Source of the DNA: Thermodesulfobacteriota bacterium
GTDB lineage: Bacteria; Desulfobacterota; Desulfobacteria; Desulfobacterales; C00003060
Reading direction: 5' to 3'
Assembly (NCBI GenBank): GCA_034189385.1
Contig: JAXHVD010000009.1
Coordinates: 30,821 to 94,820, forward strand
DNA length: 64,000 bases
Numbering within the stretch: the first letter of the stretch is position 1; each line of letters begins with the position of its first letter. The notes under the pieces are model-generated. The model did no database searches. It saw only the letters and a program-made list of their open reading frames with translations, and had not been told where the DNA came from. This document shows, piece by piece, positions 18,427 through 29,237 of the stretch. The translations under genes were made by a program, and so were the position numbers.

Positions 18427-20859
18427 CTATCTCTTTGCCTTTCTTGGCTTGCCCTTGCTTTTTGCCCGGGCCGCCTTCTTGCGGGGTCTTGGCTGGAGGG
18501 CAAGGTCAAGGACGCTGTCCACATGGTGGACCGGAAAGAAGGTGAGCTTACGCTTGATGTTTGAGGGAATCTCAGCCAGGTCTTTCTTGTTCTTTTCCGG
18601 TATGATGACCTTTCGCACATTGGCACGGAGGGCGGCCAAGGCCTTTTCTTTGAGCCCCCCTATGGGAAGAACCCTGCCCCGAAGGGTAATTTCTCCGGTC
18701 ATGGCCACATCCCTGCTCACAGGCCTTTCCGTTAGGCAAGACACCAGCGCCACGGCCATGGTAATCCCGGCTGAAGGCCCGTCCTTGGGAATGGCCCCTG
18801 CAGGCACGTGAACGTGGATATCTGCATCCTGTTGGAAGTTGCCCTTGATTCCTAGGGCCTTTGCATGAGACCGGGCATAGGTGAGGGCCGCCTTTGCAGA
18901 CTCCTGCATCACCTCGCCCAACTGGCCTGTGAGGATCAAATCCCCCTTGCCTTTCATAGTGGAGGCCTCCACATAGAGCACCTCTCCACCCACTTGGGTC
19001 CAGGCAAGCCCGGTGGCCACCCCTACCTCATGGAAGGCCTGATCCAGCTCAGGCAAGTATTTTGGAACGCCCAGATATTGGTGGATATTGCCTGCCGTGA
19101 TTCTAAAGGGCCCCTTTTCCCCCTCCGCCACTTTTCGAGCCACCTTGCGGCAGACAGTGGCAATCTCACGCTCCAGGTTCCTGAGTCCGGCCTCAAGGGT
19201 ATACTCTGATATGATCTTCCGCAGGGCCCCCGGCCCCAGGTTGATGTGCTTTGCCTTGATCCCATTTTCCTTAATCTGACGGGGCATTAAGAACTGCTGT
19301 GCGATGGCAAGTTTTTCCTCTTCTGTATACCCTGCCAGCTCAATGATCTCCATCCGATCCTTTAGTGCCGAGGGGATGGGATCGGCAAGGTTTGCCGTGG
19401 TGATGAACATGACCTTGGACAAGTCAAAGGGCAAGTTGAGATAGTGGTCACTGAAACTGATATTCTGTTCCGGGTCCAGTACTTCCAGCAGGGCCGCAGC
19501 CGGGTCGCCGCGAAAATCCGCACCAATCTTATCCACTTCGTCCATCATGTACACGGGGTTGTTGGTCCCGCACTGCTTTAGGCCCTGGATGATTCTTCCT
19601 GGCAGGGCCCCGATGTAGGTACGGCGGTGCCCCCGGATCTCGGCCTCGTCCCGAATACCCCCCAGGGAAATGCGATAAAACTTCCTGTTCATGGCCCTGG
19701 CAATGGATCTGCCCAGGGAGGTCTTGCCTACCCCTGGCGGGCCCACAAAACAGAGGATAGGCCCCTTCATGTCTTTGTTGAGTTTGCGTACACTTAAGTA
19801 TTCCAGAATGCGGTCCTTGACCTTTGTCAAATCGTAATGGTCCTCATCCAGCACCTTCTGGGCTGCCTTCACATCCAGCATGTCTTTGGTGGACTTCTTC
19901 CACGGCACCTCCACCACCCAATCCAGATACGTTCGCACCACCGAGGCCTCAGCCGCGTCTGGATGCATCTGCTCAAGACGCCTTAGTTGTTTGCGCGCCT
20001 CCTTTTCTGCATCCTTGGGCATCTTGGCCCCTTTAATCTTCCTCTCATACTCCGCAACCTCCAGGGCCCTTTCGTCCATATCTCCCAATTCATTGTGGAT
20101 GGCCCGCATCTGCTCCCGGAGGTAGTACTCCCGCTGGGTCTTTGATATCTCCTCTCTGGCATGGGACTGGATCTTGGCCTGCATGGCAGAGACCTGCAGC
20201 TCTTTGCTCAAGAGATCGTTCACCTTATGAAGCTTCTCACAGGGATCGTTCACCTCCAGCAACGCCTGGGCCTCTTGCGTCTTGAGCCTCAGGTTTGAGG
20301 CTACAAGATCGGCCAAGCGGCTCGGCTCGTCTATGCTGTAGAGAATAGAACTCACATCGCCCGTCAACTCCCCCCGGAACTCGAGTATCTTCTCACTCTG
20401 TTCGCAGACATTGCGCATCAAGGCCTCGGTCTCAAGGGTCATGTCCCCTTCCTTCTGTGGCTCCAACTTTTCAATCTCCACCTGATAGAAGGGCTTTGTC
20501 TCTGTGTATTTCTTGATACGGGCCCTGGCCAGCCCCTGAACCAACAGCTTTGCTCTGCCGTCAGGCAGCTTCAGCATACGCAAGACCATAGCCACGGTGC
20601 CTACCTCGTAAATCTCCTCAGGCTTAGGATTTTCAACACTGGAGTCGCGTTGGGTGGCTAGCAGCAGCAGCCGGTCATTGGCCATGGAGGCATCTACAGC
20701 CCTCACCGACCTATCTCTTCCCACAAACAAAGGAAGGACCATATAGGTAAAGACCACGATGTCGCGAACGGCAAGAAGAGGAAGGGTGTCGGGGATTTCT
20801 ATGGTTTCATCATCTTCTTGTATGATGTCCACTGCATCTTCAGTATCTATTTGGGCCAC
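18427..20859 (-). CDS. lon: Lon protease
   Basis: LON N-domain, [28 protein letters not shown] (catalytic Ser), IGGLKEK. Confidence 0.97.
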   Translation of the reverse strand: MAQIDTEDAVDIIQEDDETIEIPDTLPLLAVRDIVVFTYMVLPLFVGRDRSVRAVDASMANDRLLLLATQRDSSVENPKPEEIYEVGTVAMVLRMLKLPDGRAKLLVQGLARARIKKYTETKPFYQVEIEKLEPQKEGDMTLETEALMRNVCEQSEKILEFRGELTGDVSSILYSIDEPSRLADLVASNLRLKTQEAQALLEVNDPCEKLHKVNDLLSKELQVSAMQAKIQSHAREEISKTQREYYLREQMRAIHNELGDMDERALEVAEYERKIKGAKMPKDAEKEARKQLRRLEQMHPDAAEASVVRTYLDWVVEVPWKKSTKDMLDVKAAQKVLDEDHYDLTKVKDRILEYLSVRKLNKDMKGPILCFVGPPGVGKTSLGRSIARAMNRKFYRISLGGIRDEAEIRGHRRTYIGALPGRIIQGLKQCGTNNPVYMMDEVDKIGADFRGDPAAALLEVLDPEQNISFSDHYLNLPFDLSKVMFITTANLADPIPSALKDRMEIIELAGYTEEEKLAIAQQFLMPRQIKENGIKAKHINLGPGALRKIISEYTLEAGLRNLEREIATVCRKVARKVAEGEKGPFRITAGNIHQYLGVPKYLPELDQAFHEVGVATGLAWTQVGGEVLYVEASTMKGKGDLILTGQLGEVMQESAKAALTYARSHAKALGIKGNFQQDADIHVHVPAGAIPKDGPSAGITMAVALVSCLTERPVSRDVAMTGEITLRGRVLPIGGLKEKALAALRANVRKVIIPEKNKKDLAEIPSNIKRKLTFFPVHHVDSVLDLALQPRPRKKAARAKSKGKPRKAKR

Positions 20860-21225
20860 GGAAAATTCCTTTCAAAAAGTTCCTGTCGTGACTTCTATTT
20901 CGAGAGCAGACGGGGCCATTTCCAAAAAAAGACACTAACCCCCTTAATCTTATTGACAAAAACTCTCTTTCTTTGGTGTTCTCTTTAGCCCCTTTTCTTT
21001 GGCCCCGCCAAAGAAAGAGGGTCTTTCAAAATCAAACTATATAAGGATAATATCTCTTGATGACAACAAAAATCTTGATTTTTTGGTCCGCTCTCTATAG
21101 TCCTTCTCTACGACTCTTGGCGACACCATGTAGCGACCCTTGTCCGTTTACTGCAACTCACGCTGACCCAGAATCACCCGGGACTCCCCTTACATGACAG
21201 CCCAGGGCTGGGAGAAGGACGGTAA

Positions 21226-22002
21226 GTGGAGCAGTCTTTGACTATTAAGATCTTCGTCTTTGTCTTCGGTACAGCCGTTGGCAGTTTCTTGAACGTATGT
21301 ATCTACCGTCTTCCTAACTCCCTTTCCATTGTCCGTCCTCGCTCCATGTGCCCCCGTTGCGAAAGGCAGATCGCCTTTTACGACAACATACCGATCTTGA
21401 GTTATCTCTGGCTTCGGGGAAGATGTCGCCATTGCGGGGCCGCCATCTCCTTGAGATATCCTGTGGTGGAGATGGCCGCGGGCCTCTTTGCCGTGGCCGT
21501 GTTCAACCTCCACGGCGTTGCAGTGGATAGCATTCTTGTGTATGCCTTTGTGGCCGCCCTGCTGGTCGTCACCTTCATAGACATAGATCACCAGATCATC
21601 CCTGATGTGATCACCTATCCAGGCATCGTGGTTGGCTTTCTTTCTTCCTTGATCCTGGATCACATCACCTACAAAGACTCCCTTCTGGGCATCCTTTTAG
21701 GGGGTGGGCTCCTCTTTTTGGTCGCCTCAGGGTACTACTTCTTTACGAAAAAGGAAGGAATGGGAGGTGGAGACATCAAGCTTTTGGCCATGATAGGGGC
21801 CTTCTTGGGTTGGAAGGCGATCATCTTCACCATCTTCGTGGGATCAGCCGTAGGCACCGTGGTGGGCATAGCCGTGGCGCTCCATACACGGGGGGGGCGC
21901 AAGATGGCCGTTCCTTTCGGTCCCTTTCTCAGTCTTGGAGCCCTTGTTTTCCTGTTCTGGGGGCAGAAAATCATCAACTGGTATTTCGGTTTTATGGGAT
22001 AG
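21226..22002 (+). CDS. pilD: Prepilin peptidase/N-methyltransferase
   Basis: GSFLNVCIYRLP, CPRC and CRHC zinc sites, GMGGGDIKL, VPFGPFL. Confidence 0.95.
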   Translation: MEQSLTIKIFVFVFGTAVGSFLNVCIYRLPNSLSIVRPRSMCPRCERQIAFYDNIPILSYLWLRGRCRHCGAAISLRYPVVEMAAGLFAVAVFNLHGVAVDSILVYAFVAALLVVTFIDIDHQIIPDVITYPGIVVGFLSSLILDHITYKDSLLGILLGGGLLFLVASGYYFFTKKEGMGGGDIKLLAMIGAFLGWKAIIFTIFVGSAVGTVVGIAVALHTRGGRKMAVPFGPFLSLGALVFLFWGQKIINWYFGFMG

Positions 22003-22007
22003 GACCG

Positions 22008-23531
22008 TTGAAAACTTTCAGGCCAGGACTACGAATCCAGATTCTGCTTAGCCTGACGCTCCTTCTGATCGCTGCCATGTCGTTGACAGGCTTTGTGGTG
22101 ATGAGGGTCACGGAACGGGATCTCATGCAGTACAAGGCAGCAGACGGGATGGCAGTGGTGGAGGCCATACAGACAGCAGTAGATGACCTGGCAGAAGGAC
22201 AGAGCGCGCCACCAGTCATGCTTATGAAGAAACGACTGGAGCTCACGGCCACCTGGATGGGAACGGGCGCTGCTGGGCTCTTTGACGACATCGTTGTTCT
22301 GGGAAAGGATGGCGCCCTGTGGCTTGGAAACAAGGGGGCCGGCAGATCCATCGGTGTTGACGCTGCTGACATCTCAGAGACCCTGGATACGGAAGAAAGA
22401 ACCACCAGGATCGATACACAGCTGGGCCTTTTAGTCGTAACGGCCCCCCTTTTTGCGGCAGACCAATGCATTGCAGCCGTCCAGGTCCCTGTTCGCATTG
22501 ACCGGGTGCTCAAGGGCCTCAGCAGGTCACGGCAGATCCTGTGGTTATACATCGGACTAAACGCCCTGGTCCTTCTCGTCTTTGGAAACTTTCTCCTTTC
22601 CAGAATCGTGATTCGCCCCGTCAAACACTTGGTGGACACGGTGGAGCGCTTCCAAGACGCTGGACCCTTTCCCGTGGCCGGGGAGCCAGATCGCAACGAG
22701 ATCGCCCGCCTGAGTGTATCTTTGAACCGCATGGTCAAGCGGCTGGCTGAAAACAAGGAGCGGATGAAGGCCCAGATACGCTCTCTAGAAGTGGCCAGGC
22801 AGGAGACGCTTCGCTCAGAGAGGCTTTCTTCTATCGGACGCCTCGCCGCAGGCGTGGCCCATGAAGTGGGCAATCCCATAGGCGCTATTCTGGGATATAC
22901 CAACCTGCTGGCAAGCCATACACAAGAAGACGAAGAAGCCAAAGACTACCTCTTACGCATTGAAAAGGAGATTACCAGAATAGACACCATCGTCCGCGAG
23001 CTCCTTGATTTTTCAAGGCCCTCTGCAGCTGTGTCCGCCCCTGTGGATATCAATGCCCTTGTCTTAGAAAGTGTCTCCTTTTTTTCTCACCAAAAACTCA
23101 TGGCCTCTGTGAATCTTGAAACCCTCCTTGAAAAGGACTTGGAAACGGTGTGGGCCGATCCGGACCAGCTTAAGCAGGTCTTAATCAACCTCATGTTTAA
23201 CGCCCGTGACGCCATGGAACAGGGCGGCAGGCTTACCGTTACCACCGGTGCTGTCCGCTCGGCAGGAGGGGATGACTCAGAGGCTGAAAAGCGGCCGAGA
23301 GACCTTGTCGAGATTGCTGTCTCCGATACGGGCAAGGGGATCCCGGCACGAGAGCTGCAGAAGATCTTTCACCCCTTCTACACCACGAAACCCCCCGGAA
23401 AGGGCACCGGCCTCGGTCTTGCCATTAGCCTTCGCATTGTCGAGTCCTTTGGCGGAACCATCCACGTGGAAAGCGTTGAGGACAAGGGTACCACCTTTAG
23501 GGTCAGACTCCCCTTGGAGCGGAGAGCATGA
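22008..23531 (+). CDS. Membrane sensor histidine kinase (HAMP, NtrB-like)
   Basis: Two TM segments, HAMP, AHEVGNP H-box, NLMFNARDA, DTGKG, GKGTGLGL; start assumed at TTG after pilD. Confidence 0.92.
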   Translation: MKTFRPGLRIQILLSLTLLLIAAMSLTGFVVMRVTERDLMQYKAADGMAVVEAIQTAVDDLAEGQSAPPVMLMKKRLELTATWMGTGAAGLFDDIVVLGKDGALWLGNKGAGRSIGVDAADISETLDTEERTTRIDTQLGLLVVTAPLFAADQCIAAVQVPVRIDRVLKGLSRSRQILWLYIGLNALVLLVFGNFLLSRIVIRPVKHLVDTVERFQDAGPFPVAGEPDRNEIARLSVSLNRMVKRLAENKERMKAQIRSLEVARQETLRSERLSSIGRLAAGVAHEVGNPIGAILGYTNLLASHTQEDEEAKDYLLRIEKEITRIDTIVRELLDFSRPSAAVSAPVDINALVLESVSFFSHQKLMASVNLETLLEKDLETVWADPDQLKQVLINLMFNARDAMEQGGRLTVTTGAVRSAGGDDSEAEKRPRDLVEIAVSDTGKGIPARELQKIFHPFYTTKPPGKGTGLGLAISLRIVESFGGTIHVESVEDKGTTFRVRLPLERRA

Positions 23532-24652
23532 TGCCCAATGAGGTACGTATCGACCTAAGTGCCATTAGAGACAACTTCATCGAGATCAAGCGATTAGCAG
23601 GCCCCAAGTCCCGCGTCCTTGCCGTGGTGAAATCAGACGCCTACGGTCACGGCATGATCCCCGTGGCTAGGACCCTTGAGGCTGCCGGCGTTGACTATCT
23701 TGGCATATTTGAGACGGAAGAGGGCCTGAACCTTCGAAAGGCTGGCATCACGGTCCCTGTCTTGATCATGATGGGGATCATGCCAGAGGAGGTCTCGGCT
23801 GTTGTAGAATACAAGCTCTCTGCGGCCGTCTTTGGAAAAGAGATTGCAGAGAGGCTCTCTGAGAAGAGCCTGGAACAGGGCAGGGTCACTCCCGTTCACG
23901 TAAAGGTAGATACCGGCATGAGCCGCCTCGGCGTGTCATTGTCAGACCTGGGCCCTTTTTTGCGCGGCCTCTTGCCTCTGAAGGGGCTCAGATTAGAGGG
24001 GATATTCTCTCACTTGGCCATCTCTGATCAGCCCCAGCACCCCTTTACGGCTCAGCAGATTGGGGCATTTATCAAGGCAGTGGAGATAAGCCGAAAGCTT
24101 GGCGTATGCCAAGAGGCAGTCCATGTCTCCAACAGCGGCGCCCTCTTGGAACAAAGGGCCCTGGATCTTCATATGGTACGCCCGGGCATACTCCTTTACG
24201 GCTCCCCACCTGGAGAGGCCCTGGCTATCCGCTCCTTTAGACCAGCCATGACCTTCAGATCCAAGGTCATTCAAGTAACAACCGTGCCTCCCGGTACGGC
24301 CATCAGTTATGGCTGTACCTACCGAACCACATCAAAGGCCACTATCGCCACCGTCCCCGTGGGCTATGATGACGGATACAGCCGGCTGCTTTCCAACAAG
24401 GGAGAGGCCCTCATCCACGGCACACGGGTGCCCGTTGTGGGCCGGGTCTGCATGAATCTTACCATGGTGGATGTGACGTCCCTAGAGGGCGTGGCCGTGG
24501 GCGACGAGGTGGTGTTACTAGGTGCCCAAGGCAGTGAGCGCATTACGGCCGAGGAGATAGCCCAAAAGATGGGTACCATTAGTTACGAAGTCTACTGCAG
24601 CATCGGGAAAAGCAACCGCCGCGTTTACATAGACCCACAGGAAAAAGATTGA
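23528..24652 (+). CDS. alr: Alanine racemase
   Basis: AVVKSDAYGHG PLP motif, KVDTGMSRLG, GYDDGY, GRVCM, GTISYE. Confidence 0.96.
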   Translation: MMPNEVRIDLSAIRDNFIEIKRLAGPKSRVLAVVKSDAYGHGMIPVARTLEAAGVDYLGIFETEEGLNLRKAGITVPVLIMMGIMPEEVSAVVEYKLSAAVFGKEIAERLSEKSLEQGRVTPVHVKVDTGMSRLGVSLSDLGPFLRGLLPLKGLRLEGIFSHLAISDQPQHPFTAQQIGAFIKAVEISRKLGVCQEAVHVSNSGALLEQRALDLHMVRPGILLYGSPPGEALAIRSFRPAMTFRSKVIQVTTVPPGTAISYGCTYRTTSKATIATVPVGYDDGYSRLLSNKGEALIHGTRVPVVGRVCMNLTMVDVTSLEGVAVGDEVVLLGAQGSERITAEEIAQKMGTISYEVYCSIGKSNRRVYIDPQEKD

Positions 24653-24821
24653 TCTGTGTCCGTCCACAATGGGCCCTGCTTTAATGCGCGGCCTTGTCGA
24701 CGATTGGGCAGACCACGACATTTATCTTGAAATTCTCGGACCACGATACTAAACAAAAGGGCTCCGTTGCCTTGGCCCATGAGGGACCCTGCTTCGGGCC
24801 ATTATTTGGGGCAGAGTAAAC

Positions 24822-24874
24822 AAAAAAACCCCCGCTGAACTGGAAGAAGCCCTATTCTATCTGTTCAGCGGAGG
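24822..24874 (-). terminator. Minus-strand intrinsic terminator with no cognate minus-strand gene
   Basis: CCGCTGAAC...GTTCAGCGG followed by a T7 tract on the minus strand. Confidence 0.55.
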
Positions 24875-24988
24875 CCTTGGTGCAGGGAAAACCGGTGACG
24901 GCACCCCCCGCACGCGCCTATCTATGTAACAGGAGTGGCGTTTTAGATCAACAAGGAATCTTACGGTCACCGAAAAGGTACCCCTGTC

Positions 24989-25678
24989 ATGAGCGTCGGC
25001 ACTGGAGTAGAGCCAGTCGTCCAAATGTTCCACGTCCACAAACGCTACGGTCCTCAGATCGCACTCCGTGACGTCAATCTCACCGTTCTGAAAAACGAGT
25101 TTGTCTTTGTCACGGGCCCCAGTGGCGCAGGCAAGACCACCCTGCTCCGCCTCATCTTTCTGCAAGAGGAGGTCTCAGAGGGGCAGATCTTGGTAAACGG
25201 GGTAAATCTCCAGCGGGTGCGCCGGAAAATGATCCCCCTTTTGAGACGAAGCATCGGGTTCGTTTTTCAGGATTTCAGACTGATTGACAGCTACACCGTA
25301 TATGAAAACATCGCTCTGGTCCTGGAGGCCACGGGTCATCAGAAAAGCTATACCCAGAAAAAGGTGCGCCAGGTCCTTGGAATGGTGGGCCTGGAAGACC
25401 GCATGCACACCTATCCGCCTAGGCTGTCTGGGGGAGAGCAACAGCGTGTGGCCGTGGCCCGGGCCGCAGTGGGCAATCCCTGGATACTCTTGGCAGACGA
25501 GCTCACAGGGAACCTCGATGATGAGGCTGCTGACATGGTCTTTGATCTTTTAAGACAACTGCACCGACGGGGTACCACCATTGTGGTGGCCACCCACGAC
25601 ACCAGGCTCTTTGACAAGGTCGCTGGGCGCATTGTGTTCCTGAACAAGGGCCAGATAGAGGGCGAAAAAAGATCTTGA
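24989..25678 (+). CDS. ftsE: Cell division ATP-binding protein
   Basis: GPSGAGKTT, LRRSIGFVFQDFRLI, LSGGEQQRV; upstream of ftsX. Confidence 0.94.
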   Translation: MSVGTGVEPVVQMFHVHKRYGPQIALRDVNLTVLKNEFVFVTGPSGAGKTTLLRLIFLQEEVSEGQILVNGVNLQRVRRKMIPLLRRSIGFVFQDFRLIDSYTVYENIALVLEATGHQKSYTQKKVRQVLGMVGLEDRMHTYPPRLSGGEQQRVAVARAAVGNPWILLADELTGNLDDEAADMVFDLLRQLHRRGTTIVVATHDTRLFDKVAGRIVFLNKGQIEGEKRS

Positions 25679-26571
25679 ATCTCATCGTGTTGTCTTCTGT
25701 CATCCAACGGGTTCGGAGAAATATCGCTGCAGGTCCCTATCTCCACCTGGCGGCCACGGCCACGATTGCCTTCTCTATGTTGATCTTGGGCGTCTTTGCC
25801 ATTCTCTATGTGAATATAAGCGATCTCGTCAGGTCTTGGCAGCAAGATATTCGTGTTGTGGCCTACCTGGAAGAGGGCCTTGTGAAAGAGCGTGTGGAGT
25901 TGCTGCGCCGACACCTGGCCGAGCTTCAGGGGGTGGAGGAGATCCGTTATGTCTCAAAAGGTGAGGCCATGACCCGCCTAAGAAGCCAGATGAAACATCG
26001 CGCCTCCCTGCTGGATGGGTTAAAGGAAAATCCTCTGCCGGCCTCCTTTGAAATAGAATTGGCCCCAGGATGGCAACGTTGGGAACGCCTGGACCCCCTG
26101 GCCGACGAGATTAAGACATTCTCTGGAATCGAGGACGTGGCAGCCGCAGAGGCCTGGTTGCACCGGTTTACGGGATTCATGGGGTTTTTCAGGCTGGCCA
26201 GCCTCATCGTGGGCGGGCTTGTCTTTGCAACCACTGTCTTTGTCTGCGCCAACACCATCAGGCTGACGCTGTACGCCAAACGGCAAGAGATTGAGATCAT
26301 GAAGCTCGTCGGTGCAACGGACAGTTTTGTGAAAATACCTTTCTATGTCCAGAACCTCTTAGAGGGTGCCTTGGGTGGAATCGTGGGCCTGGGTCTTCTC
26401 TTTATCTCCTTTAAGCTCCTCATCGCACGGCTTCATTCAGGGCACGCCCTGCTGTCGACCTTTGACATCCGATTCCTCTCTCTCACTGGCTGCTCTCTCT
26501 TACTTTTTGTCGGGATATTCATGGCATGGCTCGGTTCTTATATATCTCTAAGGCAGTTCTTAAGGCCTTGA
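25675..26571 (+). CDS. ftsX: Cell division permease
   Basis: Four TM segments, NPLPASF, NTIRLTLYAKRQEIEIMKLVGAT. Confidence 0.94.
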   Translation: MNLIVLSSVIQRVRRNIAAGPYLHLAATATIAFSMLILGVFAILYVNISDLVRSWQQDIRVVAYLEEGLVKERVELLRRHLAELQGVEEIRYVSKGEAMTRLRSQMKHRASLLDGLKENPLPASFEIELAPGWQRWERLDPLADEIKTFSGIEDVAAAEAWLHRFTGFMGFFRLASLIVGGLVFATTVFVCANTIRLTLYAKRQEIEIMKLVGATDSFVKIPFYVQNLLEGALGGIVGLGLLFISFKLLIARLHSGHALLSTFDIRFLSLTGCSLLLFVGIFMAWLGSYISLRQFLRP

Positions 26572-27731
26572 CCCTGGCCTTACCGGCCTTTCTAATCTCC
26601 TTTGGACAGCTCGTGATGGCCGACCCTTCCACCAATGGCCTTAAAGAGACGATCGCACGGGAACAGACCCAGAGAAAGGCCGTCCAAGAAAAGATCTCAG
26701 AGGCCGAAAGAAAAATCGAGGGTCTCAAGGCCGATGAGACCCTAGTTGTCCAAGACCTGGAGCGATTAAACCTTGAGCTATACAACTCACGGGCCAGGCT
26801 GAGAGAGATTCGCTCAGAAATCCAGGAGATTGAGAGACAAATGGAGGCCCTTACCTTGGAGCAGGCGTCTCTCGTAGCCCAGACCCGAACCCTCGAAGCC
26901 TTTGCCGTGCCCCGCTTAGTGGCCTTCTACAAGCTGGGCCAGCTGGGCGTGGCCCCCATGCTCTTTTCTGCCCAGACCTTCTCCCAGTTGTGGCAAAGAC
27001 GGGAATCCCTGGAACGGATTCTAAAACACGACCGCGACCTCTGGGACACACTCCAGGACCAGAAAAGAAAGCTGGAGGTCGTTTCTGGTGACCTGGAAAC
27101 CAGAAAACAGACCCAGGAGGGCCTCCTAAAGAAGGGCGAGGAGCAAGCAGCCCGCATAGCCCGACAAAGGGTCGACCGATCCAAGCTACTGGCCAGCATC
27201 CAGGCCGACAAGGACCTTACCCTTGCCGCCATCGCCTCATTGAAAGACAGGGCAAAGAGACTCGATGAGACCCTAAGATCCCTGCAACGACAACCCCGCC
27301 CTTTCCCCGGTGCCCGCCCCAAGTTCTTTGCCGAACTGAAAGGCTCCCTGCCCCAGCCGGTCCGAGGGAAGATTCTGAACCCCTTCGGGCCCTATCTACA
27401 GAAGGGCGATTACCCTATCAAAGGCTACAGAAGCGGAGTCACCATCCAGGCCGACGTGGACACCCAGGTGCGGGCAGTCTGTGATGGACAGGTGATTTAC
27501 GCTGGATGGTTCAAGGGTTACGGCAACATCATGATCATCGACCATGGCAAGCATTATTACACTTTGTGTGCCCCCCTCGACGAACTCTTTAAGCATAAGG
27601 GAGACGCAGTCCTTGCTGGAGAAGCCATCGGTACCTACGGAGACATCGTCACCCTGAGCGGCCCAGGGCTCTATTTTGAGGTTCGCCATCACGGAAAACC
27701 TCTTGATCCGGCATTGTGGTTCAAGAACTAG
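26568..27731 (+). CDS. envC: EnvC-like murein hydrolase activator (coiled coil + M23)
   Basis: Long coiled coil, GYGNIMIIDHG, LYFEVRH; follows ftsEX; start assumed at TTG overlapping the ftsX stop. Confidence 0.88.
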   Translation: MTLALPAFLISFGQLVMADPSTNGLKETIAREQTQRKAVQEKISEAERKIEGLKADETLVVQDLERLNLELYNSRARLREIRSEIQEIERQMEALTLEQASLVAQTRTLEAFAVPRLVAFYKLGQLGVAPMLFSAQTFSQLWQRRESLERILKHDRDLWDTLQDQKRKLEVVSGDLETRKQTQEGLLKKGEEQAARIARQRVDRSKLLASIQADKDLTLAAIASLKDRAKRLDETLRSLQRQPRPFPGARPKFFAELKGSLPQPVRGKILNPFGPYLQKGDYPIKGYRSGVTIQADVDTQVRAVCDGQVIYAGWFKGYGNIMIIDHGKHYYTLCAPLDELFKHKGDAVLAGEAIGTYGDIVTLSGPGLYFEVRHHGKPLDPALWFKN

Positions 27732-27866
27732 AGGGCTTCTTTGTGATATGAGCAGTCGCCCAAGGGGCCTGGTCTGCAAAAGACCTTATATATGACCCCA
27801 AAATATGTTAATATGATAGATTGGAAACATTCCTGCGTCATATTTTCTGACTAACGAGGAGGGCCC

Positions 27867-29225
27867 ATGACAGGCTTGCTAAGGCGGCACAAGGGGATTG
27901 TCGCCGTCATACTTTTTCTATCGCTTTGCCTCTTGCTGGCCGCCAGCGACATCCATCGGCAACTGTTGGCAGGCACGGACGAGACTTATGAAAAACTGAA
28001 GTTGTTCAGTGATGTTCTTGATATTGTGGAAAAAAACTACGTGGATCCCGTGGACGCCAAAGACCTCATTGAAGGCGCCATCCATGGGATGCTCGCCTCC
28101 CTAGATCCGCACTCCTCCTTCCTGTCTGCCGACACCTACAACGAACTTCAAATAGACACGAAGGGAGAGTTCAGCGGCATCGGGATTGTCATTACCATGA
28201 AAGATAACATCTTGACTGTCGTGTCTCCCATTGAGGGAACTCCGGCCCACGAAGCGGGAATCAAATCAGGGGACCAAATCATCAAGGTAGACGGAGAAAC
28301 GACAAAAGACATGAAGTTGTGGGAGGCGGTCAAGAAGATACGAGGCCAAAAGGGGACTGCGGTCCTCATTACGGTCAGGCAAAAGGGATCAGATGAGCCA
28401 AAGGAGTTCACCATTGTGCGGGATGTGATCCCCTTGGACAGCGTCCACGCTCACGTCCTTAAGCCGGGCTACGGCTATCTGCGTATTACCAACTTTAGGG
28501 ACAATACGTACGACGACGCTGCCGCCGCCCTAGATGAACTGGAATCGGGCGACACAGCCTTAAAGGGCCTCGTCCTTGATCTTCGGGATAATCCTGGGGG
28601 TCTCCTGGACCAATCCGTTAAGATTGCAGATCTCTTTCTGGAAAACGGGGTGATCGTATCCATCAAGGGGAGGTCAGAGTCTGAACCGAAAACGTACTCA
28701 GCCCGACCCAATATCCATAAGCACACCTATCCCATCGTCCTCCTGATCAATGAAGGAAGTGCAAGCGCCTCGGAGATTGTCGCAGGGGCCTTACAGGACC
28801 ACGGACGGGCCCTGGTTTTGGGCGCTACTTCTTTTGGAAAGGGCTCCGTCCAAGCCGTGGAGCCTTTAAGAGATGGCTATGGCCTGAAACTTACCATCGC
28901 CCGCTATTACACCCCCGAGGGCCATGCCATACAGGCAGAGGGGATCAAGCCAGATGTGGTGGTGGCACAACGATTTCTCCCTGAAACAGAAACACCAGAA
29001 AGACCCCGTATGCACGAGAAGGACCTGAAGAATCATATCTCACCGGAACCGCAAGATGGGCTGTCCGAGGAAGAGAAAGAAGAGACTGCTCCTGCTGAGG
29101 ACGCAGAGGTGCCAGAGACAGGTCCGTCTGAAGACGTAGAAGAACTCCTTAACAAGGATCATCAGGTTCAAAGGGCCCTCGACATCCTAGCTGGTTGGGA
29201 GATCTTTTCTAAGATGTCTCTCTAG
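27867..29225 (+). CDS. ctpA: Carboxyl-terminal processing protease (S41, PDZ)
   Basis: LDPHS, GIGI PDZ entry, DLRDNPGG, SASASEIVAGALQD, FGKGSVQ. Confidence 0.95.
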   Translation: MTGLLRRHKGIVAVILFLSLCLLLAASDIHRQLLAGTDETYEKLKLFSDVLDIVEKNYVDPVDAKDLIEGAIHGMLASLDPHSSFLSADTYNELQIDTKGEFSGIGIVITMKDNILTVVSPIEGTPAHEAGIKSGDQIIKVDGETTKDMKLWEAVKKIRGQKGTAVLITVRQKGSDEPKEFTIVRDVIPLDSVHAHVLKPGYGYLRITNFRDNTYDDAAAALDELESGDTALKGLVLDLRDNPGGLLDQSVKIADLFLENGVIVSIKGRSESEPKTYSARPNIHKHTYPIVLLINEGSASASEIVAGALQDHGRALVLGATSFGKGSVQAVEPLRDGYGLKLTIARYYTPEGHAIQAEGIKPDVVVAQRFLPETETPERPRMHEKDLKNHISPEPQDGLSEEEKEETAPAEDAEVPETGPSEDVEELLNKDHQVQRALDILAGWEIFSKMSL

Positions 29226-29237
29226 AGACACATTGCC

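Noticed and set aside
21992..22942. 316-aa minus-strand ORF
   Set aside because: Antisense shadow of the histidine kinase.
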